Positions 20,582-31,862 are shown, counted from the stretch's first letter. The stretch is DNA of 64,000 nt from an uncultured bacterium (GCA_963848965.1 CAWKFG010000004.1:808876-872875); one strand, 5' to 3'. Notes: generated from the letters alone by a model not told the origin. Program-made: numbers and translations.

Positions 20582-21727
20582 TTATTGAACAAAGAGCGGA
20601 ATATTTTGTACTTGCTCTACAAAGTCATTTAAGAGAAGAGCAATAGATTTATCATGTATGGAAAGATCAAAGTACCCACTTGCTATGGCACCCTCTTTGC
20701 ATATATCTTCTAATTCATCTGTAATTTCAGGTAACAAAGCAATTACATCCATGATTTCTGAGTGACCAGGCTTCTTGCCGTTTATAGACACATTAATCCC
20801 TAAGTTCTGCTTACATTCATCTAAGACAAATTGGTTAGTTCCTTCAGCAAGTTGTACAATAGAAACAGTCATTACAAGTATTGCAAGAATTAAGATAACT
20901 GTACGAGCTTTTTCTGTAAAAACAACAGTTTCTTGTGAGTCTGTATTCGCTTTTATAAGTTGCTCTACTAACACAGTAAGAGCCACTGCACCTACACTCA
21001 TAAGCGCTTTTTCTAGTAAAGCATCCTCATTCATTCTCCCAAGTATAGTAACAAAGTCTCCTTGAAAAGAAGCTAAGTCAAAGTCTGAATAAAAATAAAT
21101 AAGCTTTTTGTAATACAGAGGCTGATAACAATCTTCTTTTCTTACAGGACAAGCAAAATGAACAAGCAGCTCAAGAGGTTTTTGTGCCGGAACAATACGC
21201 GAAAGATAATTTGCGACATTACATCCATGACTATGACCAAGAAGTGTTACATTGCCTTTGAGCACTTGCAACATATCCTTTAGATATTTAGCAGCATTCT
21301 TTCTTATAGTATCTGCATTAAACCAGTCAGCTGGCCACTGAAAGGAAAATAACATCAAAGGCCTATTGCGTCGATTTGATGAGATTGCCGCTGCTCTCTG
21401 TATATGTCTATAATGTGGATTATGAAGATCTGTATCATCAAAAAACTTTGGTGTATGCTGACCCCCTGTGCCATGAATAACTATCCATATCTCCAAACTA
21501 TGATTATCTTCTACTTCAAGCGGCACATATAACTGATACTTTCTAATACCTATACCATCTTTAAAGCTAAAAGGAAGCAATCTTTTTGGAAAAGAAGGTT
21601 TATCAACCCAGCATGTAGGCTCATGAACATCGTTTGGTACTAAACTCAGTTCTCCAACAGTAAGCGTAAATTGCCAACTAAGAACCGCGGATAGCAACGA
21701 AACAAGAACATATAGTCGAGTATTCAT
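20582..21727 (-). CDS. Secreted alpha/beta hydrolase (lipase-like)
   Basis: IHGT oxyanion motif, GHSHG nucleophile elbow, late GH; paralog of 48379-49635. Confidence 0.75.
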   Translation of the reverse strand: MNTRLYVLVSLLSAVLSWQFTLTVGELSLVPNDVHEPTCWVDKPSFPKRLLPFSFKDGIGIRKYQLYVPLEVEDNHSLEIWIVIHGTGGQHTPKFFDDTDLHNPHYRHIQRAAAISSNRRNRPLMLFSFQWPADWFNADTIRKNAAKYLKDMLQVLKGNVTLLGHSHGCNVANYLSRIVPAQKPLELLVHFACPVRKEDCYQPLYYKKLIYFYSDFDLASFQGDFVTILGRMNEDALLEKALMSVGAVALTVLVEQLIKANTDSQETVVFTEKARTVILILAILVMTVSIVQLAEGTNQFVLDECKQNLGINVSINGKKPGHSEIMDVIALLPEITDELEDICKEGAIASGYFDLSIHDKSIALLLNDFVEQVQNIPLFVQ

Positions 21728-21956
21728 AAAAGCCTCCTTGTAAAAGTATGATTTTAAAAGAAGTTAGTCTACTCGAAATGTAAAATATTTTAAAGTGTTT
21801 TTTTTAATTTATAAAAATAAAATCTCAAAATTAGCGATAGATAGCTCATAAAAGATATAAATAGGTAAGAAATTACAACTAGGTCCTTCAATAATAAGAG
21901 ATGCACATCTCTTCATTATAATTAAGGCGAGTTTGACATACTAGTTTAGCAAATTA

Positions 21957-23885
21957 TTATTTATCTTGGAGCAATTGCACAATTTCTTGATGCCCTGCTT
22001 CTTGAGCAAGCATTAAAGCAGTCTTACCTTGTTTATTAGTTAGAGACGTATTAGCTTTCACTTCTAATAGTTTCTGTACAAGACCTGTATGCCCTTTTTG
22101 AGCAGCATCCATAAGTACTGTATGTCCTTGACTATCTTGGTAATCAGTATCTTCTTGCTGTAGTGATATCTCTTGATTCTGCCGTTGTACAAGTTTATCA
22201 AGTAAATATTTTTTAAAACAGAATGGCTTATGTATTTTCCATTCTCTCATTTGACATTCCTTTGAGCAATAACGAACAGCTCTACAGCAATTGCACAGTT
22301 GTATGTGCTTACTTTGACAGACATGACATTCTTTTTTATCTATATTAAGAGGATAAGAAAGTATAGTATAACCATAAGTATCTTGAGCTCCTGCTTGCAG
22401 AAGCAGATCCATTAATGCTACAGCTCCTTTTTGAGCAACTATAAGAAATGCATCTTTTTTACTGCTTTTTGTTTTTGCTCCTGCACTTAATAATATTTTT
22501 GCTATATCAGCATGCCCTCGATATAAAGCCCTTATTAAAGGGGTATTTCCATTATTGCTTTCTTCATTGACATCTGCACTATGAGCTATAAGCATTTCTA
22601 CTATATTTTTGTTACCTTCTCTTGCAGCAACCATTAATGGAGTAATTCCATCTTGATCTTTTATATTTCCTCTAAATCCAGCTTTTATGAGGGCAGTAAG
22701 CATTCCTGTATAGTTCTGCTTTACTAATTCATGTACAAGCTGAGCTGGCAAAATTCCTTTTTGAAAGAGAGTTATAACTGCTTGTGTAAAGATGCAAGCT
22801 TGCTGCGGAGTAATAGTTATTTGAGCTCCTCGTTCTAAAAGCAACGCAATGAGATCACTCTCTAGTTTTGAAACAGCTGCAATGAGAGCTGTATGACCAT
22901 CTTCAAATTGAGCATTAACATCAGCACCTGCATCAAGAAGTAGTAGTATTATCTCTTTAGATCCCTGTAATACAGCATCTCTTACAAGAGTTGTTTTATT
23001 CTCGGGATCATTTACTTCTATACCCGCATCTATAAGCATACGTACTATTTCTTTATGGCCTTTAACTACGGCAAAATAGAGTGCAGTACATTTAGCAGTA
23101 GTTTTAGTATTAACATCGGCTCCTTTTTTAAGTAATACCTGTACCACATTACTATGCCCATAATGTGATGCGAGTATTAAAGCAGTTCTGCCATCTTGCG
23201 TAGCAGCATTAATATCTGCTCCTGCATATAAAAGAGCACTTGTTGCTTCAGCATGACCATACTCTGCTGCAAATAATAAAGGAGTATAGTTATTAAAATC
23301 CTCAACATAATACTGATTTGAGTGAGGTAAAAGATATTTACAGGTTGCGTTAACATGAGCTCCATGAGCTATAAGCATTTCTATTACCTCTTTATCGCCA
23401 TTATATGCAGCCCAATGTAATGCTGTTTTACCAGTGTTTTCCTGATCATTAACTCGTGCTCCTGCATCTAATAAAAGAGCTATAATATCTTTGGAAGACA
23501 TGAACTTCCGGTATACTTCACCTGCAGATCCTTTACCTGCTGCCAAAGTTAACGCAGTACAACCATTACTATTTTTACTATGAATATCAACTTTAGCATC
23601 AATAAGTAGTTTCACTATCTCTTTGTAGCCATTTTGTGCTGCTATCATTAAAGCAGTCCATCCATGCTCATCTGTAGCATTAATAGGTGTACTACTTAAA
23701 CGTATAAGTTGTCGAACTCCGTTTACATCCCCTCTTGCAACAGCGCTTAAAAACCTATTTAACGATCGAGAAATATCCTCACGATTTGGCACTTGAGGAC
23801 TTCTTTTTTCTTTCTCCATACAAGAGAGAACACCTGAAAAGCAAAAAACGAAAGCTAATAAATAATATACTAGAACATTTTTCAT
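21957..23885 (-). CDS. Secreted ankyrin-repeat protein with MYND zinc finger
   Basis: Ankyrin repeats; CHVC..CNCC..YCSKECQ..W..HK..C. Confidence 0.9.
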   Translation of the reverse strand: MKNVLVYYLLAFVFCFSGVLSCMEKEKRSPQVPNREDISRSLNRFLSAVARGDVNGVRQLIRLSSTPINATDEHGWTALMIAAQNGYKEIVKLLIDAKVDIHSKNSNGCTALTLAAGKGSAGEVYRKFMSSKDIIALLLDAGARVNDQENTGKTALHWAAYNGDKEVIEMLIAHGAHVNATCKYLLPHSNQYYVEDFNNYTPLLFAAEYGHAEATSALLYAGADINAATQDGRTALILASHYGHSNVVQVLLKKGADVNTKTTAKCTALYFAVVKGHKEIVRMLIDAGIEVNDPENKTTLVRDAVLQGSKEIILLLLDAGADVNAQFEDGHTALIAAVSKLESDLIALLLERGAQITITPQQACIFTQAVITLFQKGILPAQLVHELVKQNYTGMLTALIKAGFRGNIKDQDGITPLMVAAREGNKNIVEMLIAHSADVNEESNNGNTPLIRALYRGHADIAKILLSAGAKTKSSKKDAFLIVAQKGAVALMDLLLQAGAQDTYGYTILSYPLNIDKKECHVCQSKHIQLCNCCRAVRYCSKECQMREWKIHKPFCFKKYLLDKLVQRQNQEISLQQEDTDYQDSQGHTVLMDAAQKGHTGLVQKLLEVKANTSLTNKQGKTALMLAQEAGHQEIVQLLQDK

Positions 23886-23940
23886 AAGAGAGCCTTTATA
23901 TACCTTTCGCTTCTAAGACATTGCTTATAGAGCTTACGAA

Positions 23941-23968
23941 AAAGGCCCTGGAAAAACCAGAGCCTTTT
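23941..23968 (-). terminator. Probable intrinsic terminator
   Basis: AAAGGC(C)CTGG-loop-CCAG(A)GCCTTT immediately after the stop. Confidence 0.55.
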
Positions 23969-23970
23969 CG

Positions 23971-25653
23971 TTATTTCTTAATACGTGCTTGAGCTTTTAT
24001 AAGAAGTTTTACTATTTCATCGTGAGCATTTTCTTGAGCAAGACTAAGAGCAGTTTTTCCACTTTTATCCATTATAAGAATATTCGCTTTCTTTTTAAGA
24101 AGTACTGTGACAAGCTCTGTATAGCCATTCTTTGCAGCCAGCATAAGAACTGTTTGACCTTGTTGATTAATAGGCTCGTTGAGATTGCTATCATGAGCCA
24201 TTGCTTGATCAATAAGGTACTTTTTCATGCATGCTCCTTTATGTTTAGACCAATCAACTTTTTGGCAGTTTTGAGAGCAATAGCATATGCTCATGCATCG
24301 CTGACATTTTTTTGTAGGAGTCTTATTACATATTTTACACGCTTTATTATTAACTTGTGTCTCTTCTTTATCAAACGAGATCTCTAATTCTGCAGGAAGT
24401 CCCATAAAAAGCGATAAATAATCACCAAGAGGCCCAAGCTTTTCATTCTTTATATTTACACGAATAGATGCCGCTACTGAGGTATCTGAACTGCGTTCAG
24501 TATCAATTGTGATCTCTTCACTATTTTTAAGAAGAATCTCGTATAAGTGTTTACCCCTCTTTTCTTCTCCTCTTAATAATGCAGCGGTCTCGCCAGGAGT
24601 AATTAAGGACATTTCTTCAGGAGTTGAATCGTGCTTGGGCACAAGAAGCTTAACAAGCTCTATATGTCTGCTTCGAAATGCATGCATAAAAGCATTATGG
24701 CCCTCATTACATCGCAATGTAAGGCTAGAATTGTATCTTAACAAGACTTTCACTATCTTTGTGTTTCCCCTTTGAGCAGCTATCATTAAAGCAGTATCAC
24801 CATTCTTATTTTGCATATCTACATACTGATTCTGCTCTTCTAAATCCTTAATTGTTTCTATAAGTATTTTAACTACATCAAGATGCCCATTTTGAGCAGC
24901 TAACATTAAAGGGCTCCAGCCTACATTATCTACAGCATCAATCTTAGCACCCTTACTTAAAAGAATTTTAACTAATGTTCTATGCCCTGAATCTGCTGCT
25001 CGAATTAAAGGCGTAGCTTGCGTTTCTTCGTCTCGAGCATTAACGTCAGCTCCTTGCTCTATAAGAAGGTTAGCTAATGCTAAATGTCCTTCAAAAGATG
25101 CAGCGATTAATGCTCTATTTTTAGCACTTTGCTTATCATCGCTATGTTCTACTAATAATCCTACTATAAGTGAGTGACCTTCAGAAGCCGCTAGTTCTAT
25201 AGCTGTAGCACGATCCTTATTTTTAAGAGAACTATTTGCTCCTCTTTCAAGCAAATAGTTAACAGCTGTTACATTACCATCAAGTGCAGCAACCATTAAA
25301 GGAGTTAATCCTAAAAGCGGCTCTTTAGCATTAATATCCAAGCCTGCATCAAGGATCCTTTTTATAGTAGCAAAATTCCCTTTAACCATCGCCTCTAAAA
25401 GAGAGCCAAGGTCTGGATTAACCTTCTTGGCTATAATAGCAAACTGTTTTGGTGTCCATTTCACCTGTTTTTCTGATTCTGTCACTATATTATCAAGAGT
25501 AATATTAAGTTGTGCAAGTTGTTCAGACGAAAGCTCGATACTTCCTTCATCAGTTTGTATAGCAATCTTGCAATTCTTTAAATCTGGGATCTTTTCCATT
25601 CCATACATTAAAATACTACTAGAGAGCATTGCTAATAACACATAATAATACAT
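23971..25653 (-). CDS. Secreted ankyrin-repeat protein with MYND zinc finger
   Basis: Ankyrin repeats; CKIC..CQRC..YCSQNCQ..DW..HK..C. Confidence 0.9.
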   Translation of the reverse strand: MYYYVLLAMLSSSILMYGMEKIPDLKNCKIAIQTDEGSIELSSEQLAQLNITLDNIVTESEKQVKWTPKQFAIIAKKVNPDLGSLLEAMVKGNFATIKRILDAGLDINAKEPLLGLTPLMVAALDGNVTAVNYLLERGANSSLKNKDRATAIELAASEGHSLIVGLLVEHSDDKQSAKNRALIAASFEGHLALANLLIEQGADVNARDEETQATPLIRAADSGHRTLVKILLSKGAKIDAVDNVGWSPLMLAAQNGHLDVVKILIETIKDLEEQNQYVDMQNKNGDTALMIAAQRGNTKIVKVLLRYNSSLTLRCNEGHNAFMHAFRSRHIELVKLLVPKHDSTPEEMSLITPGETAALLRGEEKRGKHLYEILLKNSEEITIDTERSSDTSVAASIRVNIKNEKLGPLGDYLSLFMGLPAELEISFDKEETQVNNKACKICNKTPTKKCQRCMSICYCSQNCQKVDWSKHKGACMKKYLIDQAMAHDSNLNEPINQQGQTVLMLAAKNGYTELVTVLLKKKANILIMDKSGKTALSLAQENAHDEIVKLLIKAQARIKK

Positions 25654-26058
25654 ACTATTCCTTTCTTATAAGCTATTTTTATATTCTTTACTATACATAA
25701 TTCTGTCAATTTGTCAAAAATAACTTCTGCGTATCAGTTATAAGCACTAGTATGATGGCATACACTATGAACAGGCTCTATAGGCACTTTTTATTAAAAA
25801 AGGCAGAAAATACTGAGCAAAGCTCAGCAGTCTATAGGCTAGGGGATGAATGCCCATTTGCACAGGTTGCTAGTAATAGTAGATAAGCTTAACAAACAGA
25901 TCTAGCATAGTAGACTATGAAAAAAGCATTTAACTATCGCTTTTATCCTACAAGCCAACAACAGCTTTCTCTATTAAGGTACAGCCCAGAACAAAGACAC
26001 CCAAATCTTGACTTTTGCTTACTAAAAATTTCATAATAAACAAAAAAGGGAGTGTGCT

Positions 26059-27105
26059 GTGGCAGAAGGAACGAGCAAACAACCAGAGGTTAATGCAACC
26101 TCTACATTATTCCAATTTATATGGATTGGTGTTACCTCTGTTGTCCTACTCTTTCTTATCTATCAATCAATTACTGATTTTAAATCGCTTGATGAAATAC
26201 CAGAATTATTCCCTATAACACCAGCAAAAGCTGCTGAGTTTGGAGGAACTCCTGCTCATGTAAAGGTTGGATTACAAATAAGTAGTTTTTCTGTGTTTGA
26301 TATGATTAATAACAACTTTGCCTTAGCAGGGACTGTCTGGTTTGAATTTGATCCAAGTATGACATCATTAGAAACTATCGGGAAATTCTCTTTTGAAAAG
26401 GGAGAAATTAAACTGCTTTCTCCTCCTAGCACTCGTATCATTGAAGGGCGATTATTTGCACGCTATAACGTCCGAGTTGAACTCAAAACTAACCTTAATC
26501 AAAGGCTCTTTCCTTTCACAGGACATACACTCTATATAGTACTTGATAATAACTACGTTTCACCTGCAGAGATTACTTTTGAATCTGCTCTTAAAGACTT
26601 TGTTCTCTCACGAGGTATTGTTGTATCCGGCTGGAAGGAATACGATCGTCATGTTTATACGGGCTATTCTGTTGCCGAATTAGAAAAAAACAATAAAGAA
26701 AAAACTATCTATCATCCTCGTGCTATGTTCGCTATTGATTTTGGATTTGTAGGTATCAGACAGATACTTACTATTTTACTTCCTCTTATTCTTATTTTCT
26801 TTATCTCTGTTTTTTCCTTTGCTCTTGATCCTAAAGGATATTATACTTCAATTCTTACTATATCTTCAGGCAGTATCACAGGTTTGCTTGCATACCGCTT
26901 TGTTATTGAAAATCTCTCTCCTCGAGTAGGATATTTTATGCTCTCTGATTGGCTTTTTTTCCTTTTTTTAACAATGACATTCGTTATCTTTTTTGCAAAT
27001 ACTAAAACATTAAATCTTCATGTACGAAGCAAAGAGTTTATAACAATCGTATTACATGCAATCGTTATAGCAACGGCAGTTTATCTTTTTAACTTTTGGG
27101 TTTAA
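26059..27105 (+). CDS. Prokaryotic pentameric ligand-gated ion channel (GLIC/ELIC-like)
   Basis: VKVGLQI..FDM..NF beta1-beta2; Pro-loop LFPF; M1 ILLPLILIFFIS; M2-M3 LSPRVGYFMLSD; C-terminal M4; N-terminal signal anchor. Confidence 0.78.
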   Translation: MAEGTSKQPEVNATSTLFQFIWIGVTSVVLLFLIYQSITDFKSLDEIPELFPITPAKAAEFGGTPAHVKVGLQISSFSVFDMINNNFALAGTVWFEFDPSMTSLETIGKFSFEKGEIKLLSPPSTRIIEGRLFARYNVRVELKTNLNQRLFPFTGHTLYIVLDNNYVSPAEITFESALKDFVLSRGIVVSGWKEYDRHVYTGYSVAELEKNNKEKTIYHPRAMFAIDFGFVGIRQILTILLPLILIFFISVFSFALDPKGYYTSILTISSGSITGLLAYRFVIENLSPRVGYFMLSDWLFFLFLTMTFVIFFANTKTLNLHVRSKEFITIVLHAIVIATAVYLFNFWV

Positions 27106-27107
27106 AA

Positions 27108-29447
27108 ATGAAAAAACTAGTAAATTTTCTGTTTATAGTTCTTCTTTTTTGTTTCTCTACTAGAGCATTCGAGACACTCAAACAAGCAGAAGCCTATGCT
27201 CAGCTTAATCCTGAAGTTTCTATTGCTAAAGAGCAAAACATTTTAAGGCCTGATTATGAAGATTTTTATGTTCAACGAGGACCTTCACTTATTTCTGATA
27301 TCTTAACACCATTTAAAGATCAGTTATGGTCTCCTACCATCTTTAAAGATACACTACAAACAGTTGTACAAGAGCGAGAGCAAAAAGGATATTACGGTAA
27401 ATTTATTCTTATTAAAACTCCAAAACCAGGAACTCAATTTATTGTAATTGGACCGCTCTTTGGAACATTTCACTCACTTGTAAGAAACCTCAAAGAACTT
27501 GAAGTTCAAGGGTTTATAAATAATAATTTAGAAGTGATTAAGCCAAACTGTTTTATAATTTTCAATGGTAATGTTATAAACGGCGCGCCACACGTTTTAG
27601 AGACACTCACACTTGTTCTTTCGCTTATGGAAAAAAATCCTCATGCCGTTAAGTACATAAGAGGACTCTATGAAAACGAACTATACTGGCAAAATACTAC
27701 GTTAAAAAGCCAGCTTAAATTACAAGCACGGCGCCTTTCAAACGAAAATATACCATTTGCACGCCTTCTTACCCGATTTTTTAAGACACTCCCTCTTGGT
27801 ATATACCTCAATAGTACCAATCCACAAGAAGGGCTTTTACGTATCTCTTATTTTTCACTTGAAGATAATGTCTTTCTTGAAAATTCATGTATGAAAGAAC
27901 TTCTAACCTATCGCCCTTCTATGACAGTATGTAGATTAAAAACTGCTGCTAAGTCTGAAGAACGTGCTCCTGTAAGAGCAATTATTAAAGGTGAAAATCG
28001 GCTCATAAGCTATGAACAAAATCCAGGGCTCACTCTTTTGGAGCCTGAGCGTGGAGCAACAGCATGGTCTGTACTTTCAAGTCCTAATAAAATATACAGA
28101 GAACATTTTTCATTCTTCTATGACGCTTTTTCCATCATTACTATAGGGCCTACACTTGCAGACACTACCATTACTCTCTATCACCAGGATGTAAGAGATC
28201 TCATTAGTTTTAGAAGAGCAATGACCTATAATCTACTTACTGGACAAGCTTTACTAAGACCACTATCAACACAACCTGCATTTGAGATACTTTTTGCTAA
28301 AAAAGAAGTTAAAGTCCCTCGTATTGAAGAGAAAGTTCCAGAAACTCTTCATATTACTGACACTATTAGATTGGGCTCTACCATGGATCTTTCAAAGAGT
28401 AACCAGCTTATTGGCAAAAGTATGAAAGCAGGTATCTCTGCACTTGTTAACAGAGTTAATCAATCTGGAGGCATTAATGGTAAGCTTTATCAAGTTACCA
28501 TTGTAGATGACCAATATAATCCTACACTTTCACATGCTAACATAGAAAAATTTCTGCATAATAATATTAAGTTCATCTTATGCCCAGTAGGAACACCAAC
28601 ATTATCAGCATCACTCGATCTAATCAAAGAGAAAAAGATCTTTGTACTCTTTCCTAATAGCGGTTCTCTCATCTTCCGTAAACCAGATCTTACTAATATT
28701 GTTCACTTTAGACCTTCTTACGAAACTGAAGCAGTTGCGATTACGTACCATATGATAAAGAATTTAGCATCTAAAAGATTTGCTTTCTTTTACCAAAATG
28801 ATAGTTATGGCAGATCTGCTTTAGACGGCGCTCTTAAAGTACTTAAAAAAGAAGGACTTAAAGAATGGATTGACGCTCCATATCTTGCTAATACAGTACA
28901 AGTAAATGAAGCAGTAAACGCCATTAGAAAAGGACTTCCAGATAGCATAGGATTCTTCTCAAACGTTACTCCTACTATAGAGCTTATACGTCAGTTAGGA
29001 AGTGAATTCTTAGCAGGCAGGAAACTCTTTGCTATTTCTCCTGTAGGAGAACGGTCATTCAAACAGTTCGTAAGATCTTCAGGACTAGAAGTCTCCTTTG
29101 CTCAAGTAGTACCAAACCCTGCTACAAGTGATCTTCAAATAGTACAAGAATATCGCCAAGAAATAGCAAAACAAGCATTAGCACCTGATACTTACGCACT
29201 TGAAGGATATATTGCTGCTTCACTCACTGCAAATTATTTCAGAAGAATTAAAGGACCAATTACCTTTGAAGCTCTCTTAAAACTTATAGAAGGCACTAAG
29301 AATTACAAATTCAAAGGGCTTACACTAAACTTTGATCCTCAAACACGAGCGTTAGCACATTATTTGTGGATTGAACAACCAAATGGTGAATGGGTAGAGC
29401 AAAATTTAAATGCTTTAGAGAGTATAAATGAAAGCACTACACAATAA
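27108..29447 (+). CDS. Fusion: degenerate metallophosphoesterase-like domain + LivJ-type periplasmic binding protein
   Basis: N-terminal IGPLFGTFHSL/FNGNVING/IRGLYE echo GDxHG/GDxVDRG/RGNHE; C-terminal GGING..DDQYNP..VGTP..FYQNDSYG..LEGY. Confidence 0.8.
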   Translation: MKKLVNFLFIVLLFCFSTRAFETLKQAEAYAQLNPEVSIAKEQNILRPDYEDFYVQRGPSLISDILTPFKDQLWSPTIFKDTLQTVVQEREQKGYYGKFILIKTPKPGTQFIVIGPLFGTFHSLVRNLKELEVQGFINNNLEVIKPNCFIIFNGNVINGAPHVLETLTLVLSLMEKNPHAVKYIRGLYENELYWQNTTLKSQLKLQARRLSNENIPFARLLTRFFKTLPLGIYLNSTNPQEGLLRISYFSLEDNVFLENSCMKELLTYRPSMTVCRLKTAAKSEERAPVRAIIKGENRLISYEQNPGLTLLEPERGATAWSVLSSPNKIYREHFSFFYDAFSIITIGPTLADTTITLYHQDVRDLISFRRAMTYNLLTGQALLRPLSTQPAFEILFAKKEVKVPRIEEKVPETLHITDTIRLGSTMDLSKSNQLIGKSMKAGISALVNRVNQSGGINGKLYQVTIVDDQYNPTLSHANIEKFLHNNIKFILCPVGTPTLSASLDLIKEKKIFVLFPNSGSLIFRKPDLTNIVHFRPSYETEAVAITYHMIKNLASKRFAFFYQNDSYGRSALDGALKVLKKEGLKEWIDAPYLANTVQVNEAVNAIRKGLPDSIGFFSNVTPTIELIRQLGSEFLAGRKLFAISPVGERSFKQFVRSSGLEVSFAQVVPNPATSDLQIVQEYRQEIAKQALAPDTYALEGYIAASLTANYFRRIKGPITFEALLKLIEGTKNYKFKGLTLNFDPQTRALAHYLWIEQPNGEWVEQNLNALESINESTTQ

Positions 29448-29514
29448 AGTAGAATACTTCTACTTTATTGATTAAAGCACATTAAGATGTTTAATTAAGC
29501 AGAGGAAATGAGAT

Positions 29515-31857
29515 ATGCTAAAATTTTTATTTTTAATTTGTTCTTTAGCAAGTACATTTCTTCATGGACTAGATTCAATTAACACGCTCCTTGCATTTAC
29601 CCAAATTCATGAAGAATATCCAGAAGCAGATAATGATGATATTGCTAATCTTCACTATACCAACTTTTATAAAAAGAATGCTGCTACTTTTTGGACACGC
29701 TTTCTAGCACGGCTTGGCCTAGCTACCTTTAACGTTCAACAATACTATCAAAATCTTAAAGACATAACCGAAAAAAGACTCAAAGACGCTTTGCGAAAGA
29801 GATATACTATTATTCTTAAAGTTCCTGCTAGTACTCAGTTTATAGTAATCAGTAATAGTCAAGGTGAAATACACTCTCTTGCTCGCATTCTTAATGCTCT
29901 CTACCAAAATAAGATCATTGATGAAAACTTTAAAATTCTAAGCAATGATCTTTACTTTATTTTTAATGGTAATATGACAACTAGCTCTCCTTATGCGTTA
30001 GAAAGCCTTAATGTTATTACAAATATCTTGAGAGTAAATCCGAATAGAGCTTTCTTTATTAAAGGGGTTTATTCTGATAAAGAACGATGGAAAACAAGAG
30101 CTCTTGGTTATCAAGTAGATATTCAACTTTCTTACTTTAAAGATGCCTCTTCTGTCATTAGAGAATTCTTTAACACCCTTCCATTAGGAGTATACATACT
30201 TTCAGAAGATCCAAATGAGCCCCCTATTCGTATTTCACACTATGATCTTAATGCACAAGAATTTAATAACTTAGAATGCTCTCTCAAATCACCACACACA
30301 GCTCAGACGCAAGAAGGCATATGCTTAGTAGGAGAACCAACTGCTCCACCACAAGGACCGTTAACAGCTCTTATTACCGGAAAAGATGATAATGTTGACC
30401 TTAGTAATTCACATGGTCTCCTTTTCGTTCAACGAGAAAATCCGCCTACGTGGAAAGTTTTTTCAAGCCCTTCGCGTTTTTATAGACAAAAATTTGGCTT
30501 CATTTACGATGCTTTTGCGCTTATTACAGTAGGAAAATCTGTTCAATCCAGTCTTATTAGTTTATTTAATGAAAATGTACTCCATCCTAGATTCAAACTT
30601 GAAAAGACATATGATATTGTTACAGGAAAATCCATCCTTGATCCTATTAAGTCCTCTACATGGGATTCTATTTTTCAAACTTTGCGTTCTATGGCTCTCA
30701 AACATTCTACTTCTTTGCCAGAACGAAAAGCTTCAATTCAGATACAAGATAAAGCTTTTTCACTCTTAAAAGGAACCGTAGAACTTGGTTCAACACTTGA
30801 CCTTTCAGCTCGTATTAAAAATATAGGAATTGCAACGAAAAATGGGGTTTCACTTGCACTCAATAAAGTAAATAGAGAAGGTGGTATTAATGGTAAGCGA
30901 TATTTCGTTGATTTTTTAAATGATCACTACAACCCTTCTACCTCAAAAGCTAATATAGAGCAGCTTATAAAAAACAATGTTAAACTTATTCTTGCTCCTG
31001 CAGGCACTCCAACTATACTTAGATGGCTCGATTTAATTGAAAATAAAGAAGTCTTTGTGCTATTCCCAAATAGTGGCTCTCCACAACTAAGAAAACCGGA
31101 TCTTACTCATATTGTTCACTTTAGGCAATCATACTTAAATGAAGGACAGGCACTTGCATATTATATGATAAAAAATGTAGATTCTAAAAAGTTTACCTTC
31201 TTTTACCAAGATGATGATTATGGTAAATCTGCTTTAGAAGGAGCTCGCCAAGTTCTTAAAAGAGAAGGGATAAAAGAGTGGACAGAAGTAGCCCATCCGC
31301 CAACTGCAGTTCAGGTAACTGAAGCAGCAAACATTATTAGAAAGAGTAATCCCGAAGCTATAGGATTTTTTTCAAATATTGCGCCTACTACGAATTGTAT
31401 TAGAGACTTAGGTGGAGAGTTTTTAACAGGTAAAAACCTTTTCGCTGTATCACCTTTAGGCGATAGATCATTTAAACAGTTTATCCAATCAATGGGACTA
31501 GAAGTCACCTTCTCTCAAGTAATACCAGATCCACTAACTAGTATGATTGAAATAGTTAAAGAGTATAGACAAGAAGCAACAAAACAAGCACTTACACCAG
31601 ATACCTATTCTCTGGAAGCGTATATTGCTACTATAATAACTGCAGATTATTTAAGAAAGATTAAAGGGCCGATTACTCCTGATGCTCTTCTAAAACTTAT
31701 AGAAAACACAAAGAATTATAACTTTAAAGGACTTACTCTTAATTTTAATCCAAAAACACATCAGCTTAATCAATATCTCTGGATAGAGCAACCGGATGGT
31801 AAATGGCTAGAACATGATATGGAAAAATTAACTACCTACTTAACAGAAAGCAAATAG
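29515..31857 (+). CDS. Fusion: degenerate metallophosphoesterase-like domain + LivJ-type periplasmic binding protein
   Basis: Paralog of 27108-29447 and 37663-40029. Confidence 0.8.
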   Translation: MLKFLFLICSLASTFLHGLDSINTLLAFTQIHEEYPEADNDDIANLHYTNFYKKNAATFWTRFLARLGLATFNVQQYYQNLKDITEKRLKDALRKRYTIILKVPASTQFIVISNSQGEIHSLARILNALYQNKIIDENFKILSNDLYFIFNGNMTTSSPYALESLNVITNILRVNPNRAFFIKGVYSDKERWKTRALGYQVDIQLSYFKDASSVIREFFNTLPLGVYILSEDPNEPPIRISHYDLNAQEFNNLECSLKSPHTAQTQEGICLVGEPTAPPQGPLTALITGKDDNVDLSNSHGLLFVQRENPPTWKVFSSPSRFYRQKFGFIYDAFALITVGKSVQSSLISLFNENVLHPRFKLEKTYDIVTGKSILDPIKSSTWDSIFQTLRSMALKHSTSLPERKASIQIQDKAFSLLKGTVELGSTLDLSARIKNIGIATKNGVSLALNKVNREGGINGKRYFVDFLNDHYNPSTSKANIEQLIKNNVKLILAPAGTPTILRWLDLIENKEVFVLFPNSGSPQLRKPDLTHIVHFRQSYLNEGQALAYYMIKNVDSKKFTFFYQDDDYGKSALEGARQVLKREGIKEWTEVAHPPTAVQVTEAANIIRKSNPEAIGFFSNIAPTTNCIRDLGGEFLTGKNLFAVSPLGDRSFKQFIQSMGLEVTFSQVIPDPLTSMIEIVKEYRQEATKQALTPDTYSLEAYIATIITADYLRKIKGPITPDALLKLIENTKNYNFKGLTLNFNPKTHQLNQYLWIEQPDGKWLEHDMEKLTTYLTESK

Positions 31858-31862
31858 TGCTT

